Origin: Azolla caroliniana
Lineage: Eukaryota > Plantae > Polypodiophyta
Reading direction: 5' to 3'
NCBI GenBank assembly: GCA_043228905.1
Contig: JBHGNT010000016.1
Span: 2,542,001 to 2,606,000, forward strand
DNA: 64,000 bases
Part shown: positions 1 through 13,560 of the stretch, one piece after another
Numbering within the stretch: position 1 is the first letter of the stretch
Layout of the letters: each line of letters starts with the position of its first letter
Notes under the pieces: model-generated
What the model was told of the DNA's origin: nothing
The model's input: the letters and a program-made list of their open reading frames with translations, nothing else
Databases searched by the model: none
Position numbers and translations under genes: made by a program

Positions 1-1849
1 AGGCCACTCCTTCGAGGACAAGGTGGTTAGAGAGCTTGGTTTCCAATATTGCCTAATCAAATTTCCTTTTAATCTATGTACCTAATGGCACACTCTAAAG
101 AGACAATCAAACAATCACATGGATCTCATACTCCAATTATATCATTAAACCCAATAACTTATACAATGGGGATGGTAAAACTTTAGCTCATTAGAGCACA
201 AATTTGAGTAGAGTTTTGACATAATAATCCGATGGCTCAAACAATTGAGCATATGGTAGACACATCATGTGTCCCTTATGAAATTGCAAGGTGTTTTCAA
301 GTCCTTGTCCTTACTTTCAATAGATAATCGTAAGCTCTTTGAAGGGCTCAACACTTGATTGGCCTTCCTTGAGGTTTTAGAATAATTATATGGTATAGGT
401 TGCATTTTTTGACTCAGTATAAGAGTTTGTTATTTCCTCCATTTTATTCAAGAGGTTGTTCAAATACTACCTCCTTAGGCCTCACTCGAATATATTACAA
501 TTTGCATTGCACATGCATCAAATTCTAGTTGATTTCATATTCTCGGGTCATGCCAACTCCCAATCTCCTACTTAGAAGCCCATTTCAATTGTGTTGATTA
601 GGTATTACCAATTTCAAGGGGTTTGAAAAAGCGAGCCACTTGAATTAAGTCCACCGACTATTGTGGACTTTCATTTCTTCGAGTCTTCTTTGAGACAATC
701 TCTTTATGATGGTTTCCAAGTTGCAAAAATCCCCTTGCATATGCTCCTTTACTTTGAGTGCTTTTGAGCATTGAGTTCTGTATATTGTTTCATGGGGTTT
801 TACCTCACATTGGGATTCCCCACTGGTAATATGCATTGCTAAAAAAGGAGCCACTTCAATTGCCTCGTCATGGTACACTTATTGTTGCTGACTTTCAAAG
901 TTGATAGCAATTAGCACCTGACTCTGGTCTTTAGAGAGGGACCAAGAACATATCTAGATTTTAATACATTATCATTGCCTTCAAAGAATGCAATGACCTT
1001 TAACATTCAACTTTATGTGTGTTTGGATCAATTTTCTTGCAATAATACAAATCCCGGTTTTCATTTACTAAATGCAAGATATGACAACTTTTTGACCTTC
1101 ATGAGTAGGTCCTTCGCTTTTTTCAGTCACTTGTTACATAGAGAAACATATAAGCTTTTACAGCTTTAGATAAGGATAAAGCTTTTTTGCTTTTCTCAAG
1201 TAGATTTTATCCCTCTCTCGTGAGAAGCACCCCTTGGAGATTCTCACTTTGCTGTCCTAGATGTTCTCTAACTATCTTGATATGTAGAGAATGTGCAAGT
1301 TTTTCTTGACTTCAAATTAAGGTGAGGATATTTGCTTTTTCCATAGATTTACCCGTAACTTCATTTCCATTGCATAATCGCGAAGCTTCCCCACTTTTGT
1401 GAGCAAGGACTAGGTCCTCTCTTCTCCTATAGAGTCTCTTGTTATATCGTGAAAACATCTACGATCCCACTCCGTTAGGGTGAAGTGCAAAGCATGGTTT
1501 TGCTTTTCTCACCCCCGTCCATCTTATGGATACACACTCTTTCTTTTCTGGAAAAAGGAACACGAGAAACATTGGTGAGGAGGGATGTGTGAGGTCCATG
1601 AGAAGTGTTGCATGTGTGAGCCCGAAGCTCCGACGGGAAGAACACAAGAAGGATCTAGGACAAAATAAGGACGGGTACATATGTATCGCAAAGAGCTGTA
1701 AAAGAAGAAACAAACCAACCCTAGGGAGAGCGAAGGCAAGACAGTTGTTTCAGAAAGTGCAAGGATTGGGCTCCGGGAAGAAGTCACAACTGAGAAACAG
1801 ATAACTTCGGGCTGGCGACCAATTCACGAGGGGCCGATAATTTAGAACA
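1..1849 (-). mobile_element. Highly decayed LTR-retrotransposon-like remnant (possible LTR at ~1440-1849, degenerate protease-like sequence near 1-240)
   Basis: Block 1440-1849 is bounded by TGTTA...GAACA. Minus-strand fragments near 60-220 read like a degenerate retro aspartic-protease region (LPSPLYKLLG). No TSD or tRNA PBS found. Confidence 0.3.
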
Positions 1850-1904
1850 AAAACCATCGTCCTTCTGGGTCTCTCTCTTTATCCCCATTATTTGCAACCA
1901 ATTG

Positions 1905-2128
1905 TTTCATGGGCCAGATTTGGTCTTAGAAGAGACTGAATATATATCTTTCTTTCTTTCTTTTAGGGCACACAAGAGACTCTTTTTACACATTAAAATC
2001 TCTTAATCTATTATTTGGTCGTTAACTAATTAATTAGTTAATCAATTTATCCTATTAATTTCCCGAATTCCAAAAACAGGCCCAAAATATTTGCGTTTTT
2101 CTTTTTGCTTTTTGCTTTCCTTTGCTTT

Positions 2129-2165
<37 letters not shown>

Positions 2166-2390
2166 TGTATATTAATTCATGAGTTCTCTCTGTTTTCCTT
2201 TGCTTTCTCTTTTCATGGTATCTCTCCCGCTAGTCATATCTAGCCATATCCAGTAGAGCTCTGTTCTGCTAAATTCTTTTCTTTTCTTTTCCTCCTGTTT
2301 TCGATTTTCCATCTCCTTTTTCTTCTTCTTCATTCTGGCTTCTTTATAAATATGTCTATATCTATCCATCTAGCTAAACCCTAAAGCTAT
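1905..2390 (+). promoter_or_regulatory. HPAT promoter/5'UTR with site-II-like TGGGCC/GGCCCA motifs, (CT)n tract and telo-box AAACCCTAA
   Basis: tgggcc at ~1910, ggccca at ~2079, (CT)n at 2134-2162 and aaaccctaa at ~2376, all upstream of the ATG at 2807. Confidence 0.35.
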
Positions 2391-2806
2391 ATATACATAT
2401 ATATTGGCAGCTCATCTATCTACTCTGCTATTATTATTATTATTATTATTTATTTTTGACGCCTTTCTTCTTAATTCTTGCTTCATTTCAAAGATATATA
2501 TAGATATTTTTGTTGTTTTTTTTCCATATTTCTCTTGATTAATTCTGTTCTTCCATGATTAATTCTGTTTTTCTCATTGTCCTACTTCTAATTCTCAAAT
2601 ATATAGATGTTTATATCCATGTCTACACACATATAGTTAGCCTACCACTCTAAATTTATTTTTCTGGGGTTTTCCCATCTTATTAGTGTTTTCTTCTCCT
2701 TAAGATTTAGTAACATAACATATCTATATTATCGTTTATATCATCTAATTCCTTCTTATTCTTAATTCTTGGAAAGGTCATATATATATATATATATATA
2801 TGCATT

Positions 2807-5800
2807 ATGGCAGCTAGAGCTATGCTTCTATTTCTTCTGATTCTCACAGGAATGGCTGCTCTCTTTGCATCTTACAACATCTTAACTACTATGACAATGA
2901 CATCATTGCAAAGAAGTCCCGAATCCTCAACTCTCAGTTTCGGAATTGATCCAATCGAATCTGATATCAATATGGTAGCAGGACTTTTCCTTGGAACTGT
3001 GACTGAATCACATCATGGAATGGAAAAAAAGAAATCTGAATCTATATTATTGCAAGAAAAACCTATTATCAAAGAACCAATTAATGAAGAAGAGAAAGAG
3101 AAGAAGAAGAAGAAGAGGCTTTTCCATGTGGCTCTGACCTCATCTGATTCTCCTTACAATAGATGGCAATGCAGGATAATGTATTATTGGTATAAGCAAT
3201 TCAGCGAGAAGGCCGGATCAGAAATGGGTGGTTTCACACGGATCCTTCACTCTGGGAAACCCGACGATCTCATGAATGAGATCCCTACTGCCGTGGTTGA
3301 AGAGCTCCCACCTGGTATGGACCAGGTAAAAATCTGAGGGAATTTGGTATTTACTCATTTTTATTTTTGTGCAAAGCAAAGAATGGCCATTTTTTGGTGA
3401 AAAAACAAAAATTCAAGATTTGGTTTGTTTTTTGAGTGAAATTCCCTATCATGGTGTTTGTTGGTATATAGGTAATCTTCCCTAGATCTTATTATGGATA
3501 TACACACATGAAAGTGAACAATGTTCATGTTTCAAAGTTAATGATGGCTAGTTTGCTCATAATATTCATATAAGTGAGTCATTCAGAGTTAATGATGGCT
3601 AGTATATTGTTCATGACGATACACACACAGTAATTCGGAATTAATGATGCACGTGCGTGCGTAAATATGTATATATATTTTCTTCTTGTTCCACTCTTTT
3701 TAATCCTGGAAGAAATCATAGGATCGCATAGTTTTGGTTTGAGTTTGGTCCATAATGACAAAGTGGATGGCCCTTATCCTTCATTACTCCTTTCCTCACT
3801 AGTGTGAGCACATGACATTCCTTATGTGTGTGATTTCATGACACTACTAGGTGTATATGTAGGTTCATGAATATACAAACTAGGCGAGTCTTATTCTTCA
3901 TTAACTCTTTTACTCACTTGTGTGATCTCATAACATTCCTTATGTGTGTAAGTTTGTGTGTGTGTGTGTATCAGGGTTTGAAACAGTCGTATGGGATTAG
4001 AGAGGGTTATTCAATATAGATAAGATTTGATTAATGTACCTCTATTTTTATAAGAAAATGGATTTGCGAGTTTATATATGTGTGTGTCTATGTAAATATA
4101 TACATACATTCGCTCCTTGTTCCACTCTTTCTTATCCTGGAAGAAATTGTAATATCTCATGGTTTTGGTTTGAGTTTATTTCTCATAATGCTGAAGGAAA
4201 TGAGGGAAGATGGGCTATTTCCCACACAGGGAAATACTAATGGGGTTTTTTGAATAAAGTTAGGGGTATTTTGGTGTTTCCATTTTTCAAAGCTAGGGGT
4301 TTTTTGGTTTATTTTGGTGAACTAGTGCTTTGAGGTTTCATTCACAACTATTGCAGTGCAAAAAACTCATATTTTGTAATCTTTAGTTTTTTGCTTATTT
4401 GGTAATCTTGTTATTTTCATGATTCTCATAGATATTCTGACATTCATGCTACAATCTAACTATTATATACTCTAAATTTCGCCAGGGCTATGTGGTGTTA
4501 AATCGTCCTTGGGCCTTTGTGCAATGGTTACAACATGCTGTCATTGAAGAAGAGTAAGTCTTCTTGTTCTTATATACCCTTTTGGTTGGTTGGCTATGTA
4601 ATCTTTCAATATCTTTTTGGGTTGCTGAGTTTTTCCTCGATTCTTTTAAATTTTGCAGCTATATTCTGATGGCTGAACCTGACCATATCTTTCTAAAACC
4701 ACTGCCAAATCTAGCGACAGAAGATGCACCAGCTGCATTTCCTTTCTTCTACATAAATGCAACAAAGTTTGAAAATGTAATAAGAAAATTCTATCCAGAG
4801 CAAATGGGACCAATTTCCTCTATTGATCCGATTGGAAACTCCCCTGCAATCATTAAAAAAGTAAGTGAGTGCGTGTGTTTATGTGAAGGTCCTTATGTTC
4901 ATGTCTAAAAAATGAGAGTAAAAAAAGGAAGCACTAAAAGAAAAGAGAGTAAAAAATCTAAACTGTAAACCCTAAAATAAAAAAACCATTTGTGTGTGGA
5001 CATGTTCATTCTTAAAAGAAAAACGTTTGAGAGTAAGTAAAAAACTATTGAGAGAAAATATGTCACCTGTATTTACTTTCTTGAAATTATACCTTGCATA
5101 GTCTCAACTCGACAAGATTGCACCGACATGGATGAACATCTCATTGCAGATGAAGACTGATCCGGATGCAGATAAAACTTTTGGTTGGGTTTTGGAAATG
5201 TAAGCCTTGGAAGTTCAGGTCATATGTGAAAATAAATGTTTATGCTACTTTTTTGCATTTTCTGACCATCAAATTATTTATTTATTTATTCATGCTTTAG
5301 GTATGCTTATGCCATTGCCTCGGCCACACATGGGATTCAACACACATTGAGAAAGGATTTCATGATACAGGTGAGTTGATTTATAATGATCGGGCAAAGA
5401 ATAATTTGGTTGATTTTTGAAACTGAGAATAACTTTTTAATTGCTGTTTTAAAATTTCTTTTTATGTATCTTTATATTTGTGCAATTTACATTCTAAAAC
5501 ACAGACTCTACAAATCTTTGTATTTGTGCAATTTACATTCTAAAACACAGAATTTACAAATCTTTGTATTTGTGCAATTTACATGCTAAAACACAGAATT
5601 AATATTTTATGGCAATTTACATTCATTAACAACAATGTTAGAACGAGGTACGCTTCATATTATTCTCTTTAGGCATCAATCTTCTGACCTTCTAATTCCC
5701 TAGCTACTTTTATCCCAGAAAGAAACAATTGATCATGGCTCTATATGCTCAGACACACATATCACATGTACGAGATTAAAATACTAATCACATACATCTA

Positions 5801-7335
5801 AAAGAAACAATTGATCATTGCTCTATATCCTCAGACACACATATCACATGTACGAGGATAAAATACTAATCACATACATCTATGACTTATGCATACATGT
5901 ATAATTTGAAAGGTTTAGATTGATCATTGAATACTCACTTTTTACACTAAATAGTTTGATGATGGTCTTTTTTGTGCACACTATGAGATGAATTACTTCC
6001 CATGGTCTCTAAGATTGATCAATTGAAGCTCTTGTAATGTATGTAATTTATGGGACTTGTAATTCGTGTATCATTTCATTGTTCATTGTCTATGGAATCT
6101 TGTATCCTTGATTTTGAAAATGATTTATTAATGTATTAATTGGAGACATTGTATATATTTCCTAATAGATCTGGTTATTTATTACACAATGTATTCATGA
6201 ATTTACGATTCTTCAAGGTTGATTTTGAAAAGGATTTATTTATGTATTCATTGGAGACATTTCCTAATAGATCTGGTTATTTATTACACAATGTGTTCAT
6301 GAATTTACGATTCTTCAAGGTTGCAACTTGAAAGTCTCTCTGCTGTTTTTCAAGAAGTAGGATGATGACATGATGGTTTAATAAAAAAAACACGTTTGGT
6401 CTTATTATATCAGCCACCATGGGACGCTGAGGTTGGAGATGCATACATCATACATTACACATATGGTTGTGATTACACTATGAAGGTATTGAAAGTTTGG
6501 CTCTTTTCATTGTCAAGACTATTGTGCTTAAACATGTATATTAAAATTTAGAGTGTACAAAAAATAAAGTAAAAATCATTAAACAATATTCAAAAAATAA
6601 AAAGTTTGTAAAAACAAATCCCAGGGAGTCTTGACATATGGGAAAATTGGTGAATGGCGATTTGACAAGAGATCATATCTATTGGAAGCTCCCCCCCGAA
6701 ACCTTCCACTCCCTCCACCAGGTGTGCCAGAAAGTGTGGTAAGCCTTTTGATATACTGTAACTAAAACATTGTTTTAGAGTTTGTTTGTTACCATGTGCG
6801 TGTGATCTTATGTTGTGTCCTTTTCAAAGGGTTTTCATTTACTTAGTAACACAAAGTATGTCTTGCTTCTTATTTATTTTGAAGTTTGTTTATTAGTTGT
6901 GGTCTTGCCGCCAGTTTTATTTATTTTTACAAAAGCTGTCTTATTTTACTCATCTATTTTGATGTTAGTTTGTTACTTTGTGCTTGTGATGTATAACATG
7001 TTTTTTATTTTGAAGTTTGTTTATTAGTTGTGGTCTTGCCGCCAGTTTTATTTATTTTTACAAAAGCTGTCTTATTTTACTCATCTATTTTGATGTTACT
7101 TTGTTACTTTGTGCTTGTGATGTATAACATGTTTTTTTGTAGAAAGTTCTTTATTGTGATAAAACTTGTCTTTTTACGTATCTACTTTGACGTTTGTTTG
7201 TTCCATGTGCTTGTGATGTGTGCCTGGTTGTTCAGAGTGTTTTTTTATTGAGCAAAGTTCAATTAATTTCAGGCAACTTTGGTAAAAATGATAAATGAAG
7301 CAACATCTAACATACCGGATTGGAAGGAAGGGTGA
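2807..7335 (+). CDS. HPAT: Hydroxyproline O-arabinosyltransferase (HPAT/RDN1/NOD3/FIN family, GT95), 8 exons
   Basis: Exons 2807-3325, 4486-4553, 4659-4860, 5102-5199, 5301-5370, 6414-6485, 6625-6738, 7273-7335. All introns are GT-AG and phase-consistent. N-terminal membrane anchor; motifs WQCRIMYYWY, GGFTRILHSG, GYVVLNRPWAFVQWL, YILMAEPDHIF, FGWVLEMYAY, IIHYTYGCDY, GEWRFDKRSY, LVKMINEATSNIP. Confidence 0.95.
5477..7135. repeat. Four separate tandem duplications inside HPAT introns
   Basis: About 46 bp x3 (5477-5600), 82 bp x2 (5719-5882), 111 bp x2 (6108-6322) and 131 bp x2 (6875-7135), with near-identical copies. Confidence 0.85.
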
Positions 7336-9842
7336 TAGTAATGGATATAGAAGGAGAAGTATGTTATTATCAGTAAATACAAAAAGATGAACAGGATTCA
7401 GATTTTGCGATAACCCTAACCTTCATTATAACCAATGATGCTACAATCTCGCTTTGAGATGTAAACCCCCTTTGTCTCAGTTTACTTTTTGAAACTGAAA
7501 GCAATATTCATCATCCAATGTACATTTCTTCCACAAGATTGGTTCTTTTTTGCCAAAGCTCGATCTCTTATCAAACACTACTTATGTATCATGGTTATGA
7601 CTCCACTAGGAAAGTTTAACAGAGGATCTCTTGAAAAAAACCTTATCATTGGGAGGATACCATTCATCAGGGCATCAAATCTTGCAGTGTTTTGAAGCCC
7701 TAAAATTTAAACAGTGTATACATGCACAACATTTTTTTATTGAGGCATTCACAAAAACACATAATGGTCATTGCTCATTGTTTTCCAGTATCATGGTGCA
7801 AATTCATAATGCTTGGTCTTACCTATGTTCCAGATGATAGTATACATAAATTCGCCATATGTATCTGTATGTAAAGAAGGAAATAAAGATATGCTCTATG
7901 GATGGTTGGATCAGGTGGCTTTTGTCCTTGCTTGTGTGCTGGGGATTATTGTAGCCTTTTTGTTCATGTTTGTGTTGTATGATACGGTTTTCGGAGAAAC
8001 ATCAAAACATGAAAGGTCTCATTGCTAGGTTTGGATTTTCTGTGAGCTTATTTAACTAGGTGAAAACTTTGGCATACCCATCAAATAATGAATGATGTCT
8101 ATATCGAAGGGATGAGATTAAATAACCATGGGTGAGGTGTGTGAAATGATAGGGAATGGTCCTGGTAGGTCCATACGGTTTGTCTTGGTAGGAAAACATC
8201 ATCATATGCTCTACTAATCTCCAAAAGGGATGTTGAAGGTAAGGAAACCTTGGATGATCCTTATTTTCCGAAATGGTTTAGGTAAGGAAACCTTGGACCT
8301 TGAGCTCATTTCGATGATGGTACATTTTCACAAAGCTATTGAGATAATCCCTTTGTGTGCAATTATCATTTTGGAAAACACATGCCCAAAAATAAAACAC
8401 ATTAACGTGGAATATTTATAAGTGAACATAGATCTTGATTGATAAGAGTACAAAACCCAATGCTACAATTACGGGACACACCCACAAATTTGAGCAATGT
8501 GCTCATCTATAATACAATTGGCAAACATCAATTTAGCTATCCCGCCTATTAATACCTTGATAATCACATGTAAATGCAACAACCTATTTACACTACTAGT
8601 CAAATGCCTTTTCTGTTTCCTTTTCCTTCTTCATTTGAGGGGAAAGAGAACTTATCCATCTTCCTTGAAAACCTATGTACAAAAAAGCATGTAATGGCAA
8701 TACCTATACATGAGATAGAATAACCCAGTTACATGGTCTATTTACAATACTAATTAGCTTTCTAACCATTTTTCCTTCTAATGCGATGTTTTCCTCTTAG
8801 CCTTCAAATACTATGTACAAAAAATGTCAAGATTGAAACCTATACATGGGATAGAGACCCCGGGGAGATTCCTTGAACAATATCCACAACATTGAACTTG
8901 TTGGGGTCGGTTTTGACCCAACCTTTTATGTTGTATGGATGAGGCAATGCATACAGAAATACGAAATACCCACACCATTACGATTGCAAGGAAGAAAGCC
9001 ATTGTTGTAGGTAGTGATTTGTCCCTGCCAAATAACAATAGATCCGCAATGTGATCATGTGTCCATAACTTATTATATTTAAAAAGAAGAAGAAGAAGGG
9101 ACAAACCATCAATATGCTCTTGCAAATTTGTTAGGATTCTATTTTTAAGATGACCAAACTATCCCTCAATCTAATTAGTTTAATTGGCACCCAAGTAAAA
9201 TAGTGAGCGATCAATAGACCAATTCCTTAGTTTGTCCTAATCAATGACTAATATGTTGATTGATTACTTAGCCATCAATATGCTAAGCAACTAATTCTAT
9301 TAATCTATAACTAAGAAAAACTTAACTTGTAAACCAATAATTAATTAAAGCCCAAACAATCAATGATTAAGCCTAATTAACTTTTATGATTATGTTGGAT
9401 CCTTTAAAAAATATGAGGGGCTACTCTAGTAATATTTGAGAAATTGAAGTTAGGTACACGTGCAATCATCTAATTAAAAGGATGACTTCATACATAACAA
9501 TGAGATGTTTACTAGATGTTAGAGGAAGGTAGGAATTCACCTCAATAAGTTCCTCACATGCCGAAATAACAGAAAGAATTTATTAAATCTATCAAGGGTA
9601 TGCCCAAATAATCTCACTCGGAAAGAAATTGTCCTTGGTTAAGCTAAGATATTGGCCCCTTACACTTAGATTTGGACTATGTGTGGACGAAATATGGCTC
9701 AAGAAGTATGATAAGGCTTTTTACTGATGTAAATAAAGATCCAACTCATGGATCAAGAGGTTTACTACATGGTCAAATCGTGAGAGAAGAAAAGATGTTG
9801 GATGTTTCAAAACAAATATATAACGAAAGAAAGTGAAGAAGC

Positions 9843-11365
9843 TCATCCCTCGTATGAAAGACTACCAAGATGCAAAACTTGAGGAGATGAAACATAACAT
9901 GTGAACAACATATTATGTTGGCAGCTAGCAATGAAGTTTCTCTTTTGATTGGGTTGTGAATCCCATCTAGTCACTAAGTCACGGTCTCTCGAATGGGTAT
10001 GCTCACCATGGAAAAAGTGTGCTGACATTTTGCCCATTCCGGCACCAATATGTACCATTCATTTATTAATGAAAATTTCTTGGTCATGCTCAAACAAAAC
10101 GAAAAGGAAAAATTAGGCAATCGCGACGTCAATCACCCACAGCCATGTTCCGGACATAGACCTAGTATTCATTGGTAGTTAACCGGCAAGACACCTTGGC
10201 TTGGACAAATACATGGGGTTGTTTTGAAAGTTATGTAGTAGTGTTGGGCCTTGACTAGGTGGACATTGGCATAGATGAAAACCCTTAAAATTCCGGACTC
10301 CTCTTACTTAACCTTACCTTAACTACTACATATTCCCATGGTGTGTTCATTGTCCCAACGAAAACCCTTAAACTACTTGTTAACCAAGCTTCATTGGTTT
10401 AGAATTGGATGTTTAGCTTTACTAGACAAAACCCTTTCATTAACTTGTGGGTGGGTGAGGTGTTCAATTGGTCCTAATAAAAAAAAAAACCGAGATGTTT
10501 GTGTGTTTTGTCGAATTTTACCGGAGTGAGGGTCATTCGCAACGTTAGATAGGACGGCCGCCCAAAGTTGGGATTTCGTTGACCCGGGATCCAAATGGGT
10601 GGCCAAATTGGGAGGAGGAGGAGGGGTGGGGGCATGGGCATGGGCATGGGCCCGGGCCCGGGCCCCGTAACAAGGCACGAGGACGGCAAAGCTATTCTCG
10701 GGCGCGTCCCCGTCATTGCTATTGTCCTCGTTGGCGCAGAACTCGGGCCCGTGCGGCTCGAACCACCCGACCGACCAATCCGAGCCCTCCGATTCGGAGC
10801 CCGACCAATTGTGATCCGACGGCGGGGATGGCACCACCACCAGATCGAAGTCGAGGTCGAGGTCGAGGCTCGGGATGAGTTGGGGGCGGTTCGCGCGCCG
10901 CCTCCGCTGCTGCCGCCGATATGTTATAACCTTCCTTTGGGTCCTGTTCCCGTGATATTCCCGGTAATTCTGATTCTGGGCCGCATATAGATTACCCTCC
11001 CCTGCTTGGTGGTGGTTGCTGTAATTAGGGCTAGGGCTAGGGTTAATCCACTGGAATTGATAATTAGATTCCCCGTCCAGAATCGCGTATTGCGATTCCG
11101 GCGAAGAAGAGAAGGACAGATGCGTGCTCGGGGTAAGGGTAAGGTTAGGGTTAGAGTTCGGATTAGGGTTAGGGTTAGTGTTAGGGTTGGGGCTAGGGTT
11201 GGGGTTAAGGTTCGAATTAGGGTTGGGAATAGGGCTAGGGTTGGAGTCGAGGGTAGGTTCGTGGTTAGGGTTTCTCCATAGCCAAGTGGGGAAGGTGGGG
11301 AGAGACAGAGCCATGATGTGAGGAAGTTGGGGGAGGTCTTTTAGTGAGGAGTGAAGCAAATTCAA
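9843..11365 (-). CDS. Uncharacterised plant protein with Pro/Asn-rich N-terminus and conserved-looking C-terminal motifs (SDWSVGWFEPHG...NSFAVLVPCYG)
   Basis: GC-rich ORF 10391-11365 with the DWSVGWFEPHG and SFAVLVPCYG motifs, which I recall from plant proteins of unknown function. Probable donor after 10522 (G|GTAAAA). A candidate phase-compatible last exon at 9843-9877 (VLHLGSLSYEG*) is uncertain, as is the true start codon. Confidence 0.7.
11130..11272 (+). repeat. Degenerate (TTAGGG)n-like hexamer array encoding (Asn-Pro)n on the minus strand
   Basis: ggttaggg ttagagttcg gattagggtt agggttagtg ttagggttgg ggctaggg...; the minus-strand translation is NPSPIPNPNSNLNPNPSPNPNTNPNPNP. Confidence 0.85.
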
Positions 11366-12899
11366 TGGAACAGAGAGATAGGATGAAGAAGAAGAAATTT
11401 GGGGGCAAAAAAAGGAAAATTTATGAGGTAGGGAAGGAAGAGAGAAGAGACAAAGAACTATACTTTATATATATATATATCTATCTATCTATATTATATG
11501 TACAATGTACATATATAAGTTTAGAAAAGGCAAGAAAGGACAAGAATCACATGTAAAGAGTAAAGAGGAGGGGGAGGTAAAAAGAAAGACAGAAATAAAG
11601 AAAAGAAAAGAGAAGGGAAAAGGGCAAAGGAAAGGAGGAGATGGAGATTGGAAGGAAAGACATGGAATTTTTTTTTATAACAAATAAGAGTAAATCATAT
11701 AATAATGATCTTAAAATAAAATAAAAAGATTTGTAGGCAGGCAAGGCAGGCTTTGTGAAGCAAATTTTGTCTATGACTTTTCATGGGGTTGTCTTCCCGG
11801 ACAATACGTAGCCTCAGATTCATACCTCGGATGTCCTTGCATCATCCCCACAAACTAAAACATGGCCCGGTCTTGTTGCTTCTTTATTGCATGAGAATGC
11901 ACAATATCGCCTTCATAATAGCTTGGGGGGACTCCGGTAGTTCCAACATCCATGTTGTGCGTGCACATGAGGGCTCTAGCCCCCGCAAATAGCCACCAAG
12001 TGTGAAACCTAAGGATTAAAAGACAGATGAGAATGCCTATATACATATTGAAATATCAGGAGGTTAGTGAGTCTCATGTCGTAGTGACTTTGGTTTATAG
12101 AGTTGTTACAAAGACACATTAATATGTGAACAAATTAACAACTGCCAACATCTAATATGAATGCCCTCTCCTCGACCCTTTAACCTCATACTAGTGGCTC
12201 TCGATATCTAGATATCTCACATATAAGTTTAGAACAAACCAAATGAGTTGTCTTCTTAGATTTCCCATTGCGTGTCTTTGTGTCAGACTCTAAGATGATC
12301 AAGTTATAGGACCTTGTAAACATGGACATTCATAATCTTGTGCAAGGACATAGAGACAAAAAATGTAGAGCTTCTTAATGTTTGGTCGATTTTTTTTTTC
12401 TTATCTTGTGTGTTAAAGACAAAAATTCATTGGTCGACAACTACTTAAGATGCGGACAAAACTTCCCTTGGATTGGGAAGTTACAGTGAAATATAAAACA
12501 CTTTATTACATCAAACTTGTTTCATATTTGTCGTTTACTTGGGTGACATTTCTTGTCCTTTCCATTGTTAGAAGAAATCTTGCATCGCAACTCCGAATAC
12601 ATAGAGGAAGGTAATATATGAGCCTTTTTATAAACAGTCTATGAGTTGCTGGCACTTGATTGTCTTAACTTGATAAGTGCAACGTGATGAGTACTTTCAT
12701 GTTTAATTATAAACAACACAATGAAAACTAACTCTAAACCTATTGATTTTCCAATATTTTGTGATTCTTCTATTCTTTTTTGCAACCTTTGCTCGCCGAG
12801 TAAATAACAAATTGAAAACATAATAAGTTATTCGAACGTGTTTGGAAAAATAATCTACATGTGCGTTCAAAGTGTATGTGTGTGTGTAAGAGAAATGGT

Positions 12900-13560
12900 T
12901 GAAAAATTTGGAGATTATTGATTGGTAATTGCACTTGGTTTGTCAATATGGTAATCAATCCGACACTATGTCGGATTGCCTAGAGACCCATTGAATATGG
13001 TGGGGGGCTGGTCGAGTATTGCAATTATGCTAGGTGCAAGGCACATTAAAGTGGGGGAATGCATGCTGGTTATCATGGCATGCCCCAATTGACAGATACG
13101 AACATCAAGAGGAGGGGATGACATTGGTGATAAAGGCACAAGAGATATCGTCTTCCACCACTGACAATATTCACTCAACTCCCATCAATGCCAAAGCTCA
13201 AGTTGTGCCGGAATTAGCTAGATCAACAACACTATGGACTCTCTGGAAACAACAATGTGGGCGGGTCGTCTCCAACTAAACCATGCACTAGGCAACATTA
13301 TTGCAGGAGATATGGAGTGACGTTGCAGTCATGCTAAAGAGCCAATATGATGGCATCATAGGCAGATCCTATGGAGCCGAAAGACAACAATTAGCCTTCA
13401 TCCAACAATAGTCGTCCTCTCTCTTTCTTGAGTCAGTGGGCCTCCACATAAGATGGGACGATCGAGTCCCTTCTAGGATTTGTATATAACATTCTCAGAT
13501 GTAAAATTGTATAACTAATTGAGGGAGTTTTGTATTTGGAAAAGGAAAAGAAAAGAAAAA
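12900..13560 (+). mobile_element. Degenerate L1-type LINE 3' end
   Basis: 13328-13490 translates as VMLKSQYDGIIGRSYGAERQQLAFIQQ*SSSLFLESVGLHIRWDDRVP, which aligns with the C-terminal module of other LINE copies here. Upstream LWTLWKQQC; A-rich tail at 13540-13560. Confidence 0.55.

Noticed and set aside
5477-5600. Short regularly spaced repeats as a possible CRISPR-like array
   Set aside because: Only three copies, the inter-repeat sequence is itself repeated, the context is a eukaryotic intron and there are no cas genes.
6815-7251. Two hydrophobic ORFs resembling membrane peptides
   Set aside because: They lie in T-rich HPAT intron 7 and reflect the 131-bp tandem duplication.
10474-11321. 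Several overlapping antisense and alternative-frame ORFs (10579-10878, 10595-10990, 11006-11281, 11124-11321)
   Set aside because: Shadows of a GC-rich, hexamer-repeat coding exon that lacks stop codons; low-complexity translations.
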